Positions 59,754-64,000 of a stretch of 64,000 nt of DNA are shown piece after piece (position 1 is the stretch's first letter; each line of letters begins with the position of its first letter). Made by a program: the position numbers and the translations under genes. The notes beneath the pieces are model-generated. The model was given only the letters and a program-made list of their open reading frames with translations, did not search any database and was not told where the DNA came from. The stretch spans positions 71,506 to 135,505 of the forward strand of contig DASXJE010000018.1 of NCBI GenBank assembly GCA_036497565.1, written 5' to 3'. Origin of the DNA: Mycobacteriales bacterium. GTDB lineage: Bacteria; Actinomycetota; Actinomycetes; Mycobacteriales; QHCD01.

Positions 59754-60069
59754 GGTCCGCGTCCACCTGTCACCACCAGACACCATCGGCGCCCTGTTTG
59801 CCCGCCTTCTCCCCGGGACCGCCCACGGATACCGCCACCACCGTCGTCGCCCGGGATGGGGGATTGACCAGATGAACGTTCACGTGTAGTTCAACGACAA
59901 CGCGCGCGGCGGCCGTCTATCGTGAAAGTGCGCGACACGCCGCTCGCTGTTGTATGCGTTCACTGATAGACGCGTTCATTGGGAACCATCTCCGCAGCAA
60001 CGGGGCGGCGGAGGATGTGGCGAAGAAGGTGGTGGTCTCCATGACGCCGAGTGCACGACGAGGTGCCGC

Positions 60070-61863
60070 ATGAGCAAGGCGGACGACCTGGCAGCGACCA
60101 GGGTCCGTTTCCTGACCGCCGAGCCGACCGAGCCGAATCGCGTCCGGCCCGCCATCCTGGCGTCGTGGCGCCGGTCGCGCGACCTGAGCGTGGCGGCCGA
60201 CAAGATCGAGCTGCCCTATCTGCGCGACCCCGAACTGGACACCGAACTCACCCGCAGCGCCGAGCCGGTGCTCCGCCGACTCCTTGAGCAGCTCGACGGC
60301 CAGCCGGTCAGCATCATCCTGACCGACCCGTCCGGCGTGGTTCTCAGCCGGCGGACTGCCGACTCCGACCTCGAACGACATCTGGACCGGGTGCAGCTCG
60401 CGCGCGGCTTCAGCTACAACGAGCAGTTCGTCGGAACCAACGGGATCGGGACGGCCTTGGAGGCCGGTACGGCGACCCATGTGTTCGGCCATGAGCATTA
60501 CGCCGAACACCTCGAAGGGCTCGCGTGCGCCGGGGTCCCGATCCGGCACCCGATGACGGGGCGAACCCTCGGCGCGATCGACCTCACCTGCTGGCGCAAG
60601 GACGCCGAACCGTTGCTGGTGACACTGGCCAGGTCGACGGCGGTGCAGATCGAGCAGGCCCTGCTCGACGACTCCGGAATGAATGAGATGGGGCTCTTCC
60701 AGGCCTATCGCCGCACATGTCGTCGAATGGCCGGGATCGTGTTCGCCCTGACCAGCGATGCCGTGATGCTGAACGACCACGCCCGTGCCGTACTCGATCC
60801 GGCCGACCAGGCTGCGCTGCTCGCGCAGGCCGCGCAGGCCAACCAGCCCGGCGGCGAGGAGGTCGGGCGGGCCACCCGCTGGTCGTCCGGTCTCCGACTG
60901 CCTACCGGTGCGGCGGCGCAGCTCTACTACAACAAGATCCGGGTGGGCAACCAGTTCGCCGGGGTGGTCGTGCACGTCAAGCTGGGCGAGTCCACCGAGT
61001 CGTCGACCGGTGCCGCCGCACCGCGGGCGCCGCTGCCCGGGCTCGTGGGCCACGCTCCGCTGTGGCTGCGCGCCTGTCACGAGGTCGAGACCGCGTTCCG
61101 GGCCGGGGAATGGCTGACCGTGGAGGGTGAGCCCGGTACCGGCAAGCTCGCCCTGCTCCGTGCGGTGCAGCTGCGGCGGCAGCCGACTGCCCGCTTCACC
61201 GTCCTCGACGCCGCCGACGCGGGTTCCGCTCCGCACTGGATGACGACGGTCCGCGCCACCTTGCTCGAGAACGCCGGCAGCGTCGTCCTGCAGCACGTCG
61301 ACGAACTCGACGGCGCCACGCTGAGGGCGCTCGCGGCCGCGCTTCAGACCGCGGGCACGGCCGACCCGGCGGGTCGGCCCTGGGTGGCTGTCACGATGAC
61401 GCACTCCAGCGGAAGCAGCGATCTCGAAAGCCTGTTGCGGCATTTCCCGAGCTCGGTGGAGGTCCCGCCACTGCGGATGCACATCGACGACCTGCAGCAG
61501 CTGGTGCCGTTCTTCCTCGCACGCCTGGGCCATGGCGGCAAGGTCGCCTGCTCACCGGAGGCGATGCGGGTGCTGATGCGCGCGTCCTGGCCGGGCAACA
61601 TCGAGCAGGTCCACCAGGTGCTGCACGGCGTGATCCAGCACCGGCGGGTCGGCATGATCGCGCCTGCCGACCTCCCCCCGGAGACCCAGACCGTCAGCCG
61701 GCGGCTGCTCAGTGGGCTGGAGTCGCTGGAGCGCGACGCCGTCGTGCAGAGCCTCGCGGACGCGAACGGGAACAAGGTCCAGGCGGCGCGGGCGCTCGGA
61801 ATGTCGCGGGCGACGATCTACCGGAAGATCCATGAGTACGGCATCGTCGTCCCGCCGGCCTGA
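60070..61863 (+). CDS. GAF + degenerate AAA+ + Fis-HTH activator (MimR/PrmR-like) of the monooxygenase locus
   Basis: ILASWRRS, VGTNGIGTALE, ACAGVPI (GAF); GEPGTGK; SWPGNIEQ; GNKVQAARALGMSRATIYRKI. No GAFTGA motif. Confidence 0.9.
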   Translation: MSKADDLAATRVRFLTAEPTEPNRVRPAILASWRRSRDLSVAADKIELPYLRDPELDTELTRSAEPVLRRLLEQLDGQPVSIILTDPSGVVLSRRTADSDLERHLDRVQLARGFSYNEQFVGTNGIGTALEAGTATHVFGHEHYAEHLEGLACAGVPIRHPMTGRTLGAIDLTCWRKDAEPLLVTLARSTAVQIEQALLDDSGMNEMGLFQAYRRTCRRMAGIVFALTSDAVMLNDHARAVLDPADQAALLAQAAQANQPGGEEVGRATRWSSGLRLPTGAAAQLYYNKIRVGNQFAGVVVHVKLGESTESSTGAAAPRAPLPGLVGHAPLWLRACHEVETAFRAGEWLTVEGEPGTGKLALLRAVQLRRQPTARFTVLDAADAGSAPHWMTTVRATLLENAGSVVLQHVDELDGATLRALAAALQTAGTADPAGRPWVAVTMTHSSGSSDLESLLRHFPSSVEVPPLRMHIDDLQQLVPFFLARLGHGGKVACSPEAMRVLMRASWPGNIEQVHQVLHGVIQHRRVGMIAPADLPPETQTVSRRLLSGLESLERDAVVQSLADANGNKVQAARALGMSRATIYRKIHEYGIVVPPA

Positions 61864-61884
61864 CCGTCGCCCAGCATCCGAAGA

Positions 61885-61907
61885 CCGGGCCGCCCCATGC
61901 GGCCCGG
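61885..61907. terminator. Stem-loop between the convergent regulator and transporter genes
   Basis: CCGGGCCGC-CCCAT-GCGGCCCGG. Confidence 0.5.
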
Positions 61908-61925
61908 CCGTCGGTGAACCTCAGA

Positions 61926-62627
61926 TCAGTGGATGACCGGCCGACCGAGTGGTATGCCCCGTCCGCCCGATGCCGTGTCGATGACACCGAGGAATATCCA
62001 CGCACCGACTGCGGCGAAGGCGAAGGTCAGGTAGCCGGCGACCTTGGTCAGTGTCGCGTCACCGTTGATCGTCGCCACGATGAGGACCGCGAGGGCTGCG
62101 TCGATCACGACGAACAGCGCAGTGAATGCCAACGGCAACCGCAGCGTTCCCAGGGTGAGCAGCCCCAGTATCACCAGCCAGACGATGAGGAACATAGCCG
62201 TCGTGTGGACGATGTTCCTCAGCAGGATGCCGAACCAGTTGTGCGTCAGGCCGAGGACGAGCGCGGCATAGCTGAGCCAGAAGCCGGCGAAGATGCCGAA
62301 GATGCTGGCCACGGCGGTCTGACCCAATGACGCCGCCCAGACGGTGCTCAGAAGGAGACCGAGCCCGGTCGCGGCGAAGATGATCGGAATCGCGGCGCCA
62401 AGCTGTGGGACGTAGTTGATCAACGTGAGTGCCAGGGCGACCGACCCGGCGACGAAGACCGGCACCCCAACGGCGGCCGGGTTCCCCCCGAAGAACGCCG
62501 TGGAAGGAGCGGGTGCGGCCGCTACCTGCCCGGCCTCCGGGGCCTCGACCTGGTCCGACGCATGCTTGGCCGCGCCGTTGGTATGCGGCGTGGGGTGATC
62601 GGCGGTGGTGTCTGTACTGGACGACAT
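61926..62627 (-). CDS. GPR1/FUN34/YaaH (SatP) acetate/succinate channel family protein
   Basis: GNPAAVG (NPAPLG-like), FGIFAGFWLS, six hydrophobic helices; SD AAGGGAG before ATG 62627. Confidence 0.85.
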   Translation of the reverse strand: MSSSTDTTADHPTPHTNGAAKHASDQVEAPEAGQVAAAPAPSTAFFGGNPAAVGVPVFVAGSVALALTLINYVPQLGAAIPIIFAATGLGLLLSTVWAASLGQTAVASIFGIFAGFWLSYAALVLGLTHNWFGILLRNIVHTTAMFLIVWLVILGLLTLGTLRLPLAFTALFVVIDAALAVLIVATINGDATLTKVAGYLTFAFAAVGAWIFLGVIDTASGGRGIPLGRPVIH

Positions 62628-62812
62628 GGCAACTCCCTTGCGAGTGACGCACGGATGCGCATGAGGGCGGCTCCCCCGTCCTGGCCGACCCATGTGCGAC
62701 AGACCCCACCCGACCGGCTCGGCGAAACGGAGTGCCGGCGACCAATGTCTGGCGCTGCTCTTACTTTCGCTGTCCGCGCACCGTCAATGTGGTCCACATG
62801 CTGGATTTGCGG

Positions 62813-62829
62813 TGTCTCATTTTGAGATG
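62813..62829. promoter_or_regulatory. Operator 1: TGTCTCA-TTT-TGAGATG
   Basis: Palindromic motif repeated three times in this locus, each copy preceded by CGG. Confidence 0.75.
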
Positions 62830-62920
62830 GCGGCGACCGGTGGTCGCAGAACGCCGTCCGCCATCGCCACATTGCCGGACATCTGCCCTTTCTCGACACG
62901 CCGAGCCGGGAAAGGGACGG

Positions 62921-62937
62921 TGTCTCAAAATGAGACA
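62921..62937. promoter_or_regulatory. Operator 2: perfect palindrome TGTCTCA-AAA-TGAGACA
   Basis: Read directly from the sequence. Confidence 0.8.
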
Positions 62938-63046
62938 TGTTGCCGGCGGCGGACCTGAGATTGTCTCCGACACCGGTGGCGAATGGGGCCACACTGGCGA
63001 GCGCGGAGAGATCGTTCGCGGACGCCAGATGGACGGAGTTGCCGCG

Positions 63047-63286
63047 ATGGGTGCTGAAGATGTCGAGACCTACAACCCGTGGACCGTCGTCAACCTGGTC
63101 TTCACCCACCTCGCCGATGAGGGACTGCACCCGGTGCTCGGCGAGAGCGGCGACCCAGGTCCGCCGGCCAGGGCCCTGCTGTCCGCGCTCGGGATCGAAC
63201 CGGCCGCCGAGGGGAACCGTCAGGTCATGGAGGACGTGCGCGCGCACCTGGAAGAGATCAGAGCCGTCGTGTTCGAGGAGGGCTGA
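63047..63286 (+). CDS. Small hypothetical protein upstream of prmA
   Basis: SD GGAG 8 nt upstream; MGAEDVETYNPWTVVNLVFTHLADEGLHPVLGESGDPGPPARALLSALGIEP, with typical high-GC codon pattern. Confidence 0.7.
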   Translation: MGAEDVETYNPWTVVNLVFTHLADEGLHPVLGESGDPGPPARALLSALGIEPAAEGNRQVMEDVRAHLEEIRAVVFEEG

Positions 63287-63306
63287 GGGCGGGCGAGCGG
63301 GCCCGG

Positions 63307-63323
63307 TGTCTCATTTTGAGACC
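63307..63323. promoter_or_regulatory. Operator 3: TGTCTCA-TTT-TGAGACC, 63 nt upstream of prmA
   Basis: Read directly from the sequence. Confidence 0.8.
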
Positions 63324-63386
63324 TTCGAGCGGCCCGGCAGCGAGTCTTATGGACGATGAAGGCCCAGATCACGCGGAGGGGTGGCA

Positions 63387-64000
63387 ATGAGTCGACAAAG
63401 TATGGCCAAGGCCCACGAGAAGATTCAGGAATTGGCATGGGAGCCGCGGTACCACACGCCGGTATCGCAGTACGGCACCGACTACACGTTCCAGAAGGCG
63501 AAGAAGAAGGACCCGCTCAAGCAGGTCCTGCGGTCCTATTTCCCCATGCAGGAGGAGAAGGACCACCGCGTCTACGGCGCTGAGGACGGGGCGATCCGGG
63601 GCAACATGTTCCGGCAGGTCCAGGAGCGCTGGCTGGAGTGGCAGAAGCTGTTCCTGTCGATCATTCCGTTGCCGGAGATCTCGGCCGCACGGGCGATGCC
63701 CCTGCTGTTCAACACGGTGCCGAACCCGGAGCTGCACAACGGGCAGGCCATCCAGATGATCGACGAGGTGAGGCACTCGACGATCCAGCAGAACCTCAAG
63801 CGCCTCTACATGAACAACTACATCGACCCGGCCGGCTTCAACTCGAGCCTGCGCAACTTCCAGAACGACTACTGCGGCTCGATCGGCCGGCAGTTCGCCG
63901 AAGGCTTCATCACCGGTGACGCGATCACCGCGGCGAGCATCTACCTCACGATCGTCGCCGAGACGGCGTTCACGAACACGCTGTTCGTCGCCATGCCGGC
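63387..64000 (+). CDS. prmA: Soluble di-iron monooxygenase hydroxylase alpha subunit, group 5 (propane/acetone monooxygenase), truncated by the window end
   Basis: Manual translation from ATG 63387 (SD GGAGG): MSRQSMAKAHEKIQELAWEP...GTDYTF...KKDPLKQVLRSYFPMQEEKDHRVYG..DGAIRGNMFRQVQERWLEWQKLFLSIIPLPEISAARAM...QMIDEVRHSTIQ (first DExRH iron motif)...GFITGDAITAA...VAETAFTNTLFVAMP. Not in the supplied ORF track. Confidence 0.93.
   Translation, partial: MSRQSMAKAHEKIQELAWEPRYHTPVSQYGTDYTFQKAKKKDPLKQVLRSYFPMQEEKDHRVYGAEDGAIRGNMFRQVQERWLEWQKLFLSIIPLPEISAARAMPLLFNTVPNPELHNGQAIQMIDEVRHSTIQQNLKRLYMNNYIDPAGFNSSLRNFQNDYCGSIGRQFAEGFITGDAITAASIYLTIVAETAFTNTLFVAMP

Noticed and set aside
59750-59875. 41-codon ORF overlapping the dprA stop; possible xerC remnant or dif site
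   Set aside because: No recombinase-like sequence, atypical codon use, and no dif-like 28-bp site recognised.

Overview
This is high-GC actinobacterial chromosomal DNA. The F420 gene cofC, HupB with a Lys-rich tail, a GlnR box, the SigC-like ECF and actinobacterial gene order all point this way; finer taxonomy cannot be fixed from sequence alone. Most of the window is the conserved actinobacterial core block: iclR-leuCD-hupB-mutT1-ppk1-cofC-plsC-gpsA-ddl-lrp-thiL-rpmB-recG-rsmD-coaD-yceD-rpmF-rnc-mutM-acyP-smc-ftsY-amtB-glnK-glnD-ffh-proS-rpsP-khpA-rimM-trmD-rplS-lepB-rnhB-yraN-comM-dprA. Accessory modules lie at both ends and in a few islets. Left end: a candidate copper-sensing/uptake system. 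A SigC-like ECF sigma factor is divergent from one 808-aa ORF that fuses a zf-HC2 anti-sigma domain, a His/Met-loop membrane domain, an internal signal-peptide-like segment, CopC, CopD and a YtkA-like domain; a YcnI gene follows. A GGGAAC-N17-CGACT ECF promoter sits directly in front of the fusion. Next come a Cys-motif HTH regulator/folE pair, a GlxA-type AraC regulator and a small REP-like hairpin array. Right end: a group-5 soluble di-iron (propane/acetone-type) monooxygenase locus, with a GAF-AAA-Fis regulator lacking GAFTGA, a SatP/YaaH channel, a small ORF, three TGTCTCA-N3-TGAGA operators and truncated prmA. A NiCoT/Fur islet interrupts DUF2469-yraN. Four conserved genes (DUF3515, thiL, DUF488, glnD) lack an in-frame ATG/GTG/TTG where homology says they should start. 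I saw no rRNA, tRNA, CRISPR array, transposase or integrase. Family assignments come from recognising motifs by eye, not from database searches.
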